A DNA stretch of 64,000 nt from Geosiphon pyriformis uo1 (Eukaryota > Fungi > Glomeromycota): positions 26,820 through 90,819 of the forward strand of contig JAAOMT010000460.1 of assembly GCA_016748015.1 (NCBI GenBank), read 5' to 3'. Positions 47,881 to 61,800 of this stretch are shown one piece after another; position 1 is the stretch's first letter; every line of letters begins with the position of its first letter. Under the pieces are notes generated by a model. The model was not told where the DNA came from. It saw nothing but the letters and a program-made list of their open reading frames with translations, and did no database searches. A program made the translations under genes and the position numbers.

Positions 47881-48794
47881 TATTACTCATAAAAAGGAAA
47901 CAGATATAGGAAAATAGTAGACCAATAGGAAAATAGTATTTAGCATGTAAGCACATTGCTTAGCAATGTGAAGCAATGTCAGAAATTATGGCACATTGCT
48001 CAGCAATGTGGAACAATATTAGAAATCATGGCACATTGCTCAGCAATATGGAGTGATGTTAGAAAATTAGTGCACATTGTTCAACAATGTGAGCATTGCT
48101 CAAGAAATCATAACACATTGCTTAGGAATGTGAACAATCTTGTAGAACATCAATTATGTATATATAGTGGTAATATTAGAAATAAAGAAATGAGAATCCT
48201 TTCATTAGAGACCTCTCAGTTTAGATTTTATCAAAGCAACTTTCCATTCACAAATATTAATAAATAATTATTCATCATTTCAATCCACTCTCCATTATCA
48301 ACACTTTATGTTGATAGCAATTGATACTTAACCATACTGGAACAATAGCTCTTAATTATGGCTATTGATGGATACTAACTTGCACATTGCCTTGGCTCAT
48401 TTTTTTATTTTCTTTTATTTTTCTTTTCTTGATTTTATTGTTGTATACTAATTGATTAAGGATTAAAGCACTAAGTAATTGATGTCACAGATAGCCTGGT
48501 AAAAGACCCAAAAATAAGAGTAAAATTATATATATATTAATAGATAGCTTACTAGAAGGGCACAACTGTCAGAATAAACTGGCCACCAAGCTGAAGACAA
48601 AAATTGGGAACACCATGCACTAACCAACTACTTTATCATTGAATCTTTGTCCATTATACAAAGAACTCTCAATCAAACCCTTTAGATAAAGACAATATAC
48701 TAATATTACCACTATTATTTATCAAAATAAAGAACTGAACACCAGGTTACGGATTTGTTATTTGATTTAAGACCCCAAATAATCATCTGTAATA
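47881..48794 (+). repeat. 3' LTR of element A (914 bp)
   Basis: Matches the 5' LTR and carries two extra 40-bp units. Confidence 0.92.
47951..48132. repeat. 40-bp tandem array with a 19-bp palindrome CACATTGCT-N-AGCAATGTG in the A LTR
   Basis: Units start at 47951, 47991, 48031 and 48072 (partial). Confidence 0.9.
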
Positions 48795-49117
48795 GTGACT
48801 AGCAAGTAGAACTTAGTAAACTTATTAGTATTTTAATAAAACATTTCCTATGTAAATTTAATGCTACATAATATTGGTTTTTCTAAGATTGTTGTTATTT
48901 TTAGTAAATATATTAACATATTCCATAATAAATTGTTTTAGTTGTTTTTATTGTTAAAGTTTTAAGAGATTTATGTTGATTTAAGAAAGTTTTTCTTTAA
49001 TTGAATAGTAATTTTCAGTATTGGGAATAATATTTGAGTTTGGAAGAAAGATATATTTTATAATTTTTATAAAATTAGAAACAATTTAAGAGATTTTATT
49101 TTGAAAAATATTATTAT

Positions 49118-49788
49118 TGTTATAAGTTAAAATAACAAGCTAACAAATAGCAAAAGAAAACAAAATTATAAAATAATAAATATATATGATCAGTCTTATA
49201 AAAATTACAGTTATAAATCTTTTCTGAAAATTTAAAAGTAAAAAAATAGTCTGTAATTGTTAACAAAATAATACTACTGCTATTATTCTATATTTCAACT
49301 TGGCAATTTTTAGAATCAATAATAAGTATTGTTATGCTTTTTAATTATTTCTTTATTTAATAAATTATAAAAGCAAACAATTGCTTTTTTAACTAATTTT
49401 TAATAATACAAATTAAAAAAAAAAATATATATAATTGCCAACAAGTAATTTTTTATCTTAAAATATTTAAATATTTGAAGATAAGAAAAAAAGAATAAAC
49501 AATATGAAAGAAAATAATTAATAGAGAATTTTATTTTGTTACTTTAATCATGTTTTTTATAGCTAAAAACTCATTATATATATAGTTGTTAAAAATAATT
49601 AACAATCAAATCAGCAATTAAGTTAATGATTAAGTTATAATTAAGTTAATGATCAGATTATTAATCAAATTAACAATTATATTATTAATTAAGTCAATAA
49701 TTACTATCTAAAATAGAGTGGCTAATTATATAATATTAATAGCTAATATATATAATAACTAATAAAACTATAAATTTTAACTATAACA
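49118..49788. mobile_element. Solo LTR (671 bp) of another family, inserted in element C
   Basis: TGTTATA...TATAACA termini and 4-bp TSD ttat/ctat. The flanks rejoin colinear with B at about 37545-37560. Internal ~12-bp tandem units at about 49600-49700. Confidence 0.8.
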
Positions 49789-52700
49789 CTATGTATAATT
49801 TTGATTTTAAGTCTATTTAATAAAATAATTGAGTAATTATTAAAATTGTAAAATGTAACTTGAAACTTTTTATTCTTTTTGGAATATAAATATTTGAGAT
49901 CAAAATTTTATGTTTTAAGCAGATTTGTTTATTTAATTTAAAAATTTACTGTATAGTAGTTGGTTTTGAACACATATATATTTTGTGATATTTTTTAAAA
50001 AGATGAAATAATAATTAGTTGAAAAAATCAAAAATTTGGTAAAATTTATTCTATATATTAAAAACTATATTGACTAAAACTGTAAATTATCTAATTGAAC
50101 CAAACTTTTGAGTTTTTTTGTTACTTTTGTTTAATTGTTTTCTTTAATTGACTAATTGTAAATTTAAAATATGAATTAAGGATAGATAAATATCTTAGAC
50201 AACTTTTTAGCATGTTTAATTTTAAAGAATTTGTCTATTTTATTTTATAATATGATCATAATATTTTCAGTATATTTTATATCTATAACTTTTTTTTTAA
50301 TATTAATTCCTTTGATTGCCAATAATAATTGTAATATAATTTGTATTATTGCTTTTAGTAGAATTTTGAAAGCAATTTTAAGATTGATTTTAGTTAAAAA
50401 TTTTGGTTGGAAAACCAAAGTATTTTTTTCTGAATACTATAAGTCATATTTAGCATTAATGTTATGGATTTTTTCTGGCTTAATTTCTTAATTATTGTTA
50501 TTAAAGTATTTAAGTTGCAATATTGGTTGATTTTTTATTAAATAAATTAATGTTGTTGGTAAATTTTTTTCTAATTTAGGTTTTCTAAATTTGATTTTGT
50601 ATTTATTGTTTTTAATAGATAATAGTATACTAAAAACATAGTATTCTAGATATTATTAGTTATTATATGACATGACATATTTTTTACATAATTAAATATT
50701 TATTGATTCTAATTGTTAAATTTAAATTTTTTTAAAGAAATAGATATAACTGACAATTTAATAATACTTTTTTACTTTACTTTTATAGTTATATTCAATA
50801 ATTTTGAAGATATATTTAATATATTTAATTTTTTTATTTGATAAATATTTTTCTAAGTAGTTTTGTTGATTAAAACCATAGTAAAATCATATATTATTTT
50901 AGTATTATGTAAATAATAATAGAGTTTGTTGAAAGCATTAATATATGCTGCATTAAAAAGTGTTTTTCTTTTAACTTTTTTGAAAATTAACAAAGCATAT
51001 TAACAAATTTAAATGCACACTTTTTTTTTCATTGCAATATTAATCTAGTTGTATTTCTTTAGCAGTAATTTTCTACATATAAATCAGTATGTGTTGTCTT
51101 ATTTTTTATTTTATTTTAGGCTGCCAAATTATTCACTGGAATTTTTTTAAATTATTTGTTAAATATTTTACAAATAGCAGATACTTGGATGTATTGTTTT
51201 TAGTATAAGATTTTGAGTTTTTAGTATTATTTTTTGGGTTTTTGGGTTTCCAATCTAAATCTATATTGGCTTTAAAAAGCCAATTATTTTCAATAAAAGC
51301 TTGGTATTAAGATGTATTTATAACTAAAATTTTTACTTGAATGGTGATTTTATTAATTGTAAAGAAAAAGTTATCAATTTTTTTAACTGGTGTTTTTTTT
51401 ATGCTATTGGCTGTAATAATAACAGTTTGAGTTGATTAGTTAACATTTTGTTAAAGTTGTTGTATTAATTGGCAGTTAATAATACTTTTAGCTAATTTAT
51501 TATTCAAGATTAAGCAGATTTGTTTTTTTTTTACTTTAACTTTAATGTATATAACAGTGATTGCTTTTTGTTTTGTAATTGCTGTATTACTAAGTAAGAA
51601 TAATAATTTATTTGCTTAAAATTTGAAAGAAAAAATATAAAAAAAATTGGTATTTTTAACAATCTTTGCTAATAGAATTGTGTAATTGTTGTTAGAAAAG
51701 TTTTGTTTTATTGTTGCAATTTCATTTTTAAAAAGTACAGTATTCTAAAAATTCTGTTCTTTGAATATTATTAAATAGCTAAGTTGAATGTAAAAATAAT
51801 TGGGTTTTGTTATAATAAATTTTGAAAAATTAGTTAGTAGTTAGTATTAACTCTGTTGTTGCTTGAAAATTAATTTTGCTGTATTTTTTTAGCAAGTACT
51901 TAGTATTGTTAAACAAACAATAACTGTTAATACTATTGTTGAATTGGTTGTAAAACAAACTAATAATAGTTGTTTTAATATTAAAATCTTGATGAATAAT
52001 AAACTAGTAGTAATAGTTAATAATAAGTCTATTAAAATTAAGAATAATGTTAATTATTTCTTTGTTGTTGATCTTATTATAACTTTTAACAATCTTATTT
52101 TTAATGTTCTAAAATTTTACAATAATATGAGTTTTGAGATTAATATTTTTGTTGCTGCTGTTATTAATTTGTAAAATAGTTTTTGACTTTTTTAGTTAAT
52201 TAGGTGATTTTTTTTAGCTGCTAAACTGGTTTTTCTAATTGCTAAGTTAACAAATTTGGTATAATTGGCCTTTTTTATGACTATTTTATAGGTTTTTACA
52301 TGTTAAATAGCTGTGTTAAATCTTCAAAAACATGTATACAGACTTTTTTAATTAGTTTATTCTTGAGTTTAGCATAAATTAGTTCAAAATTTAAGCATTA
52401 AAGTAATATTTATTGGTTAATTTTTCTAAGTAGATTATAATAAATTTAAAAGATTCTTGTTTTATGTTTTTAAACTGATTTCAAAGTGTAATTAAAATAT
52501 TATTGTTGGTAAACTGTTTTAAAAAAGCATTTTTTGAATGTTTGTCAGTTTTTAAAAAATTTATTTAAGTTTTTAAACCATTTTTTTGCTGTTTTTTGAA
52601 AGTATGAAATTGCTTTAAGTATTTTTGCTATATTTTATCCATTTACATCTTTTGTTTTTGAGACTTTATCAAGCTATTCTTAAGAACTGATAGTAATATT

Positions 52701-53504
52701 TTCTTCTGTAAATTCTGAAATTTTTGTAATATATACAGTTTTTATTTTTTTATTTTTATTTTTATTGGTTTTTTTTTAGTAAATTCAAAATATTTCTTTA
52801 TCATTTAAGTTTTAGAATGATTATTTTGGTTTTTAGCTAAGTAATTAAGAAGATTAGCACTAGTAAATATAAGTTTTGGCTATTAAGTAGAATTTTTAAG
52901 TAAGGTAAAATCTTCTGGTCTTAAGAAATAAATAAATAAAAAATTTGATATTTGTAGTTATCTAAATAAAATAAAAAATAATATAATTGAAAATAGTAAT
53001 TTGATACTTGTTTTTTTTTAGATGTTTGTAAGTATTCGGCAGTTATTTTTGGTGTATTGTGTATAATTCAGTTAATTTGTGAAGTTTTTTTTATTTGTTT
53101 TTTTTTATTACTATTTTTTGCTTTCAATTTTAAGTCAAAAAAGAATTTTATTTTACTGAATATTTTTTTTATAATACTAGATGATATTAAAATTAAGTTT
53201 TTGAAAATAGATATTAAGAGTCTTGCTATTATAATCTTCAATGTTTACACCAAAATAGTATAACAAGTTTTTGTAAAGATTGTATTTGACTTTTAAAATA
53301 TTATAGTCTCCAAAAAAATAGTTGTTGATATAATTTTTAATGTATTGGTAGTGTTTTTTTGAAGATTTTAATCCTGTCTTGAATATTAAATTTCTGTTAC
53401 AATGTATATAAATTGACTAATAATACTTTAAAGTAGTTGTATCTGCTAAAGTCGCTATTTTGAAGTTTGTTGTTGTTGTATTTTTTCTGTAAAAAAGCAC
53501 CAAA

Positions 53505-54185
53505 TATTACTGGAGATCTTTGGTCTTTTTTTTGAATGTTATTGTTATTGTTTTGCTGTTAATTTTAATTATTAGAAGCTAGTAAACCTCTAATAACTAA
53601 ATTTATCTTCAAATTATCTTTTATAATTTGAACTATTAAGACTTATAAGTAAAATAGCCAATTTTATACTAGTTATTTGTATAATTATTTTATAGTAAAA
53701 GTCAACTATTTCTTAGAAATTGCTTATTTAAAAGCTTACTAAAATGTGTAATTACTTTGCTATAAAAGTTAACTTTTCTATAGAAATTTCATCTGTAAAC
53801 TACCCTAATGTATATAGTAAAAAAATAAAATAAAATAAAAAAAAATGTAAAAAAAATAGAATTTTTGTTTAAGAAAATTGTCTTCTGTTCAAGCCTGAAG
53901 TTATTAATAAATTACTGAAATTGATAGTTAATTAAATTTCAAAACATTAGTTGAAATTTTAGAAAATTTCAATTCGTAACTAATTAAAACAAATTATGTT
54001 TTTTTTGAAGTATTTAATGCTTTATTAATTTGTACTAAAAGGCTTGTTCTAAGAAAGATAATTCTAAGATAAAATGTATTTTTTCGAAAAAAAAAGCTCT
54101 TTTTTTATACAACCTGTTATAATACTAGTTTTTGAATTTGCATTTTTTTTTGCTATTATTTTAATAAATTAAAAATATATTTTGG
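53505..54185 (-). repeat. 5' LTR of element C, interrupted by D
   Basis: Matches 24461 to about 25125, then similarity stops abruptly. Confidence 0.8.
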
Positions 54186-57100
54186 TATTATAAGGTATTT
54201 TTTTGGTGGTTATACTATGATTAATTTTTATAGCTTTTTAGATTAAATAATAATATAAAAAATTATCTAATTTTAATATGGGAATAAATATATTAGTCTC
54301 AATTAGTGCTAATTTTAATTTTATACTGGATTTCTATTTAATAGATTACTATTATTTTTTATTTAAAAATTTGAAGATTAGCTTAATGAATTTTCTCTAA
54401 TTTCTAGCAAATATTGAATAATTTTTTCTAATAAGTGTTTTTTTTATTTGATTTAATGTTTTTGTGTAATATTTTTATTAAAATTGCTGTTGGTAACTGA
54501 TACTATATTAGTTTTTCAAGGAAAATTTCTGTTATATTTCTATACTTCTAATTATGTCTTTCTTTGAGACTCCTACAGATATTTTTTTTATATTGTATTA
54601 ATACCAAATATTTGAATTTCTTTGCTTATAATAAAATAGTATTTTATTCTTAATAAATTAAAAAATAAATAAAATAAAAAGTAGAATTTAACAAAATTAA
54701 TATTTGTAAAATAATTTTGATCAAAGATTATTTTTTTCGAAATATAGAAAACTCATTTTAGATTTTTAAATTGACTGTTAATTTTGGTCAAAATATTATT
54801 ATGAATAGTTTTTAGATAATTTTATGTAATTAATATCCTTTTAATGTGTTTTCAATTTTGTCAAGCTTGGATTTTGTTTATGTTTTGTTGGTATATTAAT
54901 GTTTTTACTGTTATTTTTATTAATAAAAAAGTGATAACAAAAAAAAGGTAATAACTTTTTAAGTTGTTCATAAGAAATTGAATATAAAAAAATATCTCTA
55001 ATTTTATTGATTTTAGTATTAATAAATATTATAATATAAAGCTTAAAAGACATACTTTCCAGCTTTTTTTGGAATTATAATCTAAAGTTTTTATTTTTAT
55101 TTTATTTTTTTTGTTTAATTAACTTCTTTTTATTCTTTATTATTCTTTGTCTGTCTTTTTTTAATTAGAAAACTATTATATATATACATATTTTGAGTTA
55201 TATATGATTATGTCTATTCTAATTAATTAGTAAATAATTGTTAGCTATTAAGTCTTCAGTTTGACTGTAAGTACTTCTTGACTTACTTGTTTATAATTAC
55301 ATTAAATTGGATGTATTTGTGTATATTTTGTATATTATTATGTATATATTATGTTTTCTAATTTTATTTATTAATTTGTGCTATTTATACTGTTATTTAA
55401 TAATTAATTAATATATTATAATATTATTATTTCTTAATTTTTGTTAATTTTTATTGAATAAAATTATTTTTTTTTTAAATTAAGCTCTGTTAAAATCAAT
55501 GTGTATTTTTTCAATATTGATATTTAACATAAAAATCTGCATATTTATTTAAACTATTTATTCTTATAAGTCTTAGAATTTATTGTTAATAAGTTTTTTA
55601 ATTCTATTAAAAGTGAGTATATTTATTTTGTTTGTTAATAATACTTCTAAACAGTGTTAAAACAGCATATAAAGTTAGTATATTATCCTAAAATAGTGCT
55701 TAGAATTGCTTTTTCTAGTTAGTTCTTTGAACTTTTAGAGTTTTGTTTTGTTGAATTTTTTGCTGTTTTTCCAATTATAAATTGTTTGAAAATTTAATTG
55801 TATGATTATTATAAAGTACATATGGCAAAGAAAAACAATTAAGTTTTTTTTTTTTTAAGTATTGTACTTTTTAAAAGCTGAAATTTTTTTATAATTTTAT
55901 TAATTGATATATTAATGCTTTTTTATTTCTTGTAATAAGACCTAAAATGATTTATATTTAATTTGTTTTCTTGTATGACTAGATTTTTTTTTTTATATAA
56001 TATTTTAAAATTATTAAGAGTAATTTCTAATGAAAAATCATTTTTTTGTAGTAGCTAAAATAAAAGTTGAAAAGTATTTATAATATTTTTAAGTATATTT
56101 ATAATAAAATAAATAAATAAATAACTTAAATAAATTATTTTTATATATAAAAATTAAAAAAATTCTTTAATAATTTAATGTTTTTGATTTTTTTAACTAT
56201 TTTTAAGATTGGTTTAATTCTTTTTTAAATATTAATGATAATATCTAAATATGATTGATTAAATTAATTGTCTTTTAAGTAATGTTTGATGATTACTAAT
56301 GGCTTTAAATTTTATAAAATTTGATCAGAAAACACAATTAGTATATATGTTCTTAATTTGGATATTAACAGATCAAATAATTGTTGTTAATTGTAAATTT
56401 TTAATTAGTTATCATGTACAATTTTCTTTAAAATTTTTTTACTTAAATATAATTTATATTCTTTATTATTTAAGACATTATAGACATAGAAAAATCTATT
56501 TTATTTGTTGTCAAATTTTTTGTTTTTTTGTTTTTTTGTTTTTGTTTAGTGTAATAAAACTTTGTTTTTTATTTGTAAATAATAAGTTGTTTTGGAAATT
56601 TGCTATTATGTCAAACTTTTTATTGTTTTTGAAAATACTTAATATTATTAGTTATATATTAGTAATTGTTTTTTAGTTTTTTTAACAGTTTGTACACTTA
56701 TTTTTTAATAGCTTTTTGTAAGTTGTTCTTGTTTATTAATTCTATTAAATAGGTATTTATTATTAGTTCTATAAATAATATAACATTTTTTTTACATGCT
56801 AATTTGAATAATATAAATTTTGTAATATAATTTTTTAATATTCAATATGTCAATAAAATTGAAGAAATAAATAAATTTTATTCTTGTTCTATTTTATTGT
56901 TTATTTTTGCTAGTAATTTACATAATATTCTATTAAAATATTCTACTAATTTATTTGTTTATGAATAGTATAGTAACAAAAAAAGTTGTTTTATATTAAA
57001 ATATTGGCTAATTTTAGTAAAAAAATTATTTAAAAAGTAAGTTTTTTGATCTAAAAATAGCTCTTTTGAATAGCCATGTTTACAAATTAAATTTTTATAT

Positions 57101-59922
57101 ACAAAGTCAACAACTAATATAGTATTTGTGGTTTTAATGGCTCTTGTTTCTGGTTATTTTATTAAGTAGTTCATGATAACTGTAATATATTGATTTTTTT
57201 TGATAGTAATAGTTAGTAATTCTATTAAATCAATTCTTACTTTATTAAATAGTTCTATTTTAAAAAGTTATAAAAGTTTGGTTATTCTTAATTTTTTTTT
57301 TGACATATATTACAATTGTAAATGTATTAAATAATATTAATATGTATTTTTGGCTAATAATACAGACTAGTTGTCTATTGAATTATGGTTTTTTTGTAAT
57401 ATCTTGTATTTGAATCCAAATATATATTATACTTTTTTAGTTTTAATAATCATTCAAAGTAAATTATATTGATAATATTTATATAGTATATTGTTTTTAA
57501 TCAGATAGTATTTAGCTTATTTTTAGATTTTTGTTTGTTTTTTCAATAATAATTTTATTGATAATTAGAAAGTTATAAGATACTATATTAAATTTTGATG
57601 TGTTTTAGTGTTTATTTTGATTAAATAGTAAGTGGTTTTTGGTAATTATATGTATTTTATTTATAATAGACAATTTGTATCAATATTTTTGGTTTTTTTT
57701 TATAAATAATATTATCAATATAAGATTGTAATAAAATAACTCATCTAATATAATATTTTTTTAATAAGTTTTTGTTTATAAGCCAAATAAGTTTTTTGTA
57801 ATCTGTAATAATATTAAAAAAGTTATGTAGTAAATATTATTTGAAATATTTTATAATTTATACAATTATAAGATATTCTATTTTATAAGCAGCATAGTTT
57901 TTTGGCTATGCTTAAGCTTCTACTAATATATACAATTATGTGTTTTTTTTTATTCTATTGTAACAAAATAACATTTAGATCTATTTTAAAAACATTAATT
58001 ATAAGTATAAATTTCTGGTAAAGTTAAAATATACCAAGATTAAAACTTTAATAAGTCTTTGCTTTAGGTAATTAAATACTTATTTTTGTTTTTTATTTTA
58101 TTTTTATTTTGTATTTTTAATTAATAATTGATTTAGATATTAAATTATTGTTAAAAAGTTTTTATAAACTTTCAGTAGTATAAAGCAAGTCTTAATAATT
58201 CTTAAAGTTCAATTAAATTTTGAGAGCAAAAAAAATTTTTAATCTTTTCAATTTTCACAAGATCAGATTTTATTCTATTCTTTTCAATAATATGTCTTAG
58301 AAAAACAAGTTGTGATTTTCTAAAAAAGCATTTTTTAGGATTAAGTTTTAGTTTAGCAGCCCAAAGTTTTTCAAAAACTTGTTATAAATATTTAAGATGC
58401 TTTTCAAATATTAACAAAAACACATTTGTATTATTTAGACAAACCACTATGAATTTTTACAAAATTCTAAAATAGATGAAATTCATTAGCTGTTAAAATA
58501 TTATGAAAGCATTAGTTAATTTAAATAACATTACATTAAATTTATAATTGCTATTTTGAATTGTAAAAATAGTTTTTTTTTAGTTATTAAGATTTATGGC
58601 TACTTGCTAATATTTATTAGCAAAATTTAGAGTTAAAAACCATTTAGATTTTCTTAGAATATTCAAAATTTTATTAATTCATAATAAAGAGTAAATATTT
58701 TTTTAACAATATTATTAAGTTTTTTATAATTAATATAGAATTAAATTTTTCTATTTTTTTTCTATATTAAGATAACTGATAAAAATTATAAGCTTATAGA
58801 AGATTATATAAATCTATTTTCTAATATTTAATCAACTTTTTCTTTTATAAAATTATACTTGAACAATAATACTTAATAAATAAATTGCTTAATAAGTAAT
58901 ATATCTTCTATATAAATCTAATAATAAACCAAGTTGGTTCAATCAAACTTATTTTTTGTGGCAAAAATATTTGAATATTTTAAAATAAGTGCTTTTAATT
59001 GTCTTTATTGTAAAATAATTCAGTGATCAAAGATTAAGCTTAATTAATTTTTCATTAATTATTTGGTAACATTCAGTACTTGGTCTTAATGGAATTGATT
59101 TAGTTTTACAATATAGCACCAACTAAGAAAAGTCAAAAATTTCTTAGAGTTTATATTGATTAGTAATATTTATGTTCAAGTATCCTAGAATTATATTCTT
59201 AGATAAGTATATAGTTTCTTAAATAAGTTGTGAATAAATATTTCTATTGCAAATAATTATAGTATAATATATATAAATTAATAAAACTAATTAGAAATTA
59301 TTTACAAAGAAGAACATGTGGCTTAAATAAAAGATTTTTTTTGTTATTTTTTTATATATATTAAATAAATATATTTTAAATAGTAGAATTGTAATTATTT
59401 TATTAATTCAAATTATTTCTCGGTTTTTTTGTATTGTTTTTATATAGTTAATAAATAAATTAACTATTTCCATAAAACCAAGATCTTGAATTTTGTATTT
59501 GGTTTTTTCTAGCTTATTTTAAGTTTCAATAGTAATTAATCTAGTAATTTAAAGTAAAAATAAAAAAATTGCTTGTGTAATTTTATTTAATTCAATCACA
59601 TATAATTAATTTGATTTATTATATAATAAAACTATAAAAATTTTTATGTATTTAGAGTCCATAATTTCTTTTTAATATTAATTTTTTTCTTGGCTAAATT
59701 AGATTAAAAAATTATTTATACTATGGCTCCAGTTGGTATTTTAAATGCTATTTTTAGGTTAATTATAATAATAATAAATAGTTTTAACATTAGTGTTTAG
59801 TTTTTAAAATATTAAAAATTAAATTCAGCATTAATTAGATATGCTCACTCTGGAAAAATTCTTTGATTGTCATCAATAAAATATTTGATATTCAATTTTT
59901 GTTAAAAATTGATAGGAATATA
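54186..59922 (-). mobile_element. Ty3/Gypsy element D (third family, heavily decayed; 3' LTR to dUTPase)
   Basis: Putative LTR 54186 to about 55463, followed by a decayed PPT and the GAGCT motif. IN and RH boundary at about 57615-57648, RT relics at about 58200-58800, dUTPase relic (IFPE*AYLINAEF, LKIAFKIPTGAIV) at about 59650-59900. Confidence 0.7.
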
Positions 59923-61800
59923 CAGTGAACTCTTTTTATAATTACACTTTTTGGTCAACACATTTGTGATGACTATAGAAAGATGGGACTATAAAAAATA
60001 ATTAATATTTTATCACATAATCTATATATCACATGATTTATATATTACATGCATAATATAATAACCAATTATATATATTTTATTTAAAAAAGCTATCTAT
60101 TTGTAACTGTTTTTTTTCTTCTTGAACTTTGAGAACAGTATTATAAATTAATGTTTTCAAAGTTTTAAAAAAGTCTGAATCAACTTTTTTACTATACTGT
60201 TCTTCACAATAGTGCAATGTATCTTCAAGTGCAGTTTTATCTTGATGTATAGATAGTAAAAACAAAAGTTCATCTTTATCTTCACTTTCTAAATTTTTAT
60301 TTGCATTAGAATTTCCACTATACTTGTTGTTAATAAGATCCACAATTTTATTCTCTGAAACATAAGTGAATAATGGTTTAAACTTGTCAATATTAATAAA
60401 GTCTATTGCCAATAGCTTGTTAATATTAACATGCTTAATAAGAACTTGTACTTCTTGTAGAAGTTCTTGTTTAATATCTAATAGATGGGCTGGCATTTGA
60501 CTATTATTCAGAATTCCCATATAATGCCAACAGTTTTGAATTGTAGTTGTTGTTACCACTGATCACGCATTAATTAGAAAGTTAACCACATCTTTTTAAT
60601 GTTACTGTTGATATTAGAATCTTGCCATTATACTGATTAATAAGATGGAAAAGAAACAATTTTTGGTATTGTGCCTTAAAGAATGCAATAATTTCTGCAT
60701 TTAATAGTTGCAAATAGGATGTTGTATTGGATAGTAGGTATCTAATCATAATATTAGATAATACAGAAGGTTTTCTACCATAGAAACCAGTATTATCAAG
60801 CAATAGCAAAATTTTTTTTTTCTTGTGATGTATTTTTTCATTTAATAAATTAAGCCATTTACTAAAAATATCAGTTTGCATCTATGCTTTTGTATTGTAA
60901 TAATAAGTAATTGGAAGTGCATTCATATTAATATTGCAAAAACATCATGGCTTTGTGGCTTTGCTAATAATTAAAAGTTGCAACTTAATGCTGCCTGTTG
61001 CATTACAAGCAAAAAGTATGGTAATTCAATTTTTATCATGCTTAGTACCAGAAGTAGATCTTGTTGTCAAAGTTGCATTTAGTGGCATTCTAAAGAATAA
61101 TGCTGTTTCATTGGCATTGTAAACATCATTTAGATTATATTTGCTAATAATTTTATGCAGTTTCTCTTATTCTTCTGGTAAAATTTCCAAGGGAGCACTG
61201 TTTGTTTTGTTATGCATCTTAATGTGGTGCAAATTATGACGTTTTTTGAACTTTTCTAACCAATCATCTGATGCTTTAAAGTTATTTTCTTTTAGAAACT
61301 TTTCAGCAAACTTGAGAGCTTTTATTTGTAAAATTTTTCCAGTAAGAATGCAGTTGGTAGCTAGTGCTTCAAGCATTTATTCTCTCAGTGCATTATTTAT
61401 TTTTGGAAACATCTCTTTCCTGTCCTTTGTCAATTGACCAAAGTTGCCAGATATATTTTTTTCAATCCATTGGTCTGATTTTGCGAGTATCTTTATTACA
61501 GTAGAACAGTCAATCTTTAGATTAAATATTTCAATAAGTCTATTTGCTAAGTAGTCAGGATGTTCTAGTTTGTACTGGCAGAGAGCTTTTTTAGTCTCCA
61601 AGGAGATTGCTGCTTGCTTTTGGTTTATGTTTTTTGGCATGTTAATAAGAACACACTTTTTATTATATTTTGCTTTTATAATGTGTTAATATATCTGTTA
61701 TGTCTCAAATGTCATTTTGTCTTATATCTAATTAGACATGTAAGATGTTTCATGTCATATGAGATGCCTCAGATTATAAAAAATGGCCAAATTATAAAAA
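59923..61800 (-). mobile_element. pogo/Tigger-type (Tc1-mariner superfamily) DNA transposon inserted in D; second TIR not found
   Basis: TA|CAGTGAACTC terminus at 59921-59932, subterminal (g)act/attataaaaa repeats at both sides, and a transposase ORF. Confidence 0.8.
60080..61640 (-). pseudogene. CENP-B/Tigger-like transposase (HTH + DDE_1)
   Basis: FKASDDWLEKFKKRHNL (CENP-B HTH), YNANETALF (DETGLF), LLLDNTG (DNA.SH) and TTSYLQLLNAEII (LQP.D.GII); several stops. Confidence 0.88.

Larger units (their letters stand above)
28803..48794 (+). mobile_element. Ty3/Gypsy element A (dUTPase-containing), full length, interrupted by B
   Basis: Paired LTRs at 28803-29634 and 47881-48794. 4-bp TSD GTGG/GTGA (28799-28802, 48795-48798). 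PBS and PPT present. Gag, PR, dUTPase, RT, RH, IN and ORF3 present. The flanks rejoin as the RT-proximal sequence of C. Confidence 0.93.
24461..54185 (-). mobile_element. Ty3/Gypsy element C (B-related family, old, heavily transition-mutated); host of A, a solo LTR and D
   Basis: 3' LTR about 24461-25356 and decayed PPT at about 25357. ORF3/IN/RH/RT relics at 25360-28802 resume at 48799 after element A. dUTPase about 50090-50510, gag to about 53460, PBS (aagcaccaaa) about 53495-53504. 5' LTR runs from 53505 and is interrupted at about 54186. Colinear with B. Confidence 0.85.

Noticed and set aside
47951-48132. Palindromic repeats with intervening sequence as a CRISPR array
   Set aside because: The intervening parts are homologous to each other, the array lies inside an LTR, there are no cas genes, and the context is eukaryotic.
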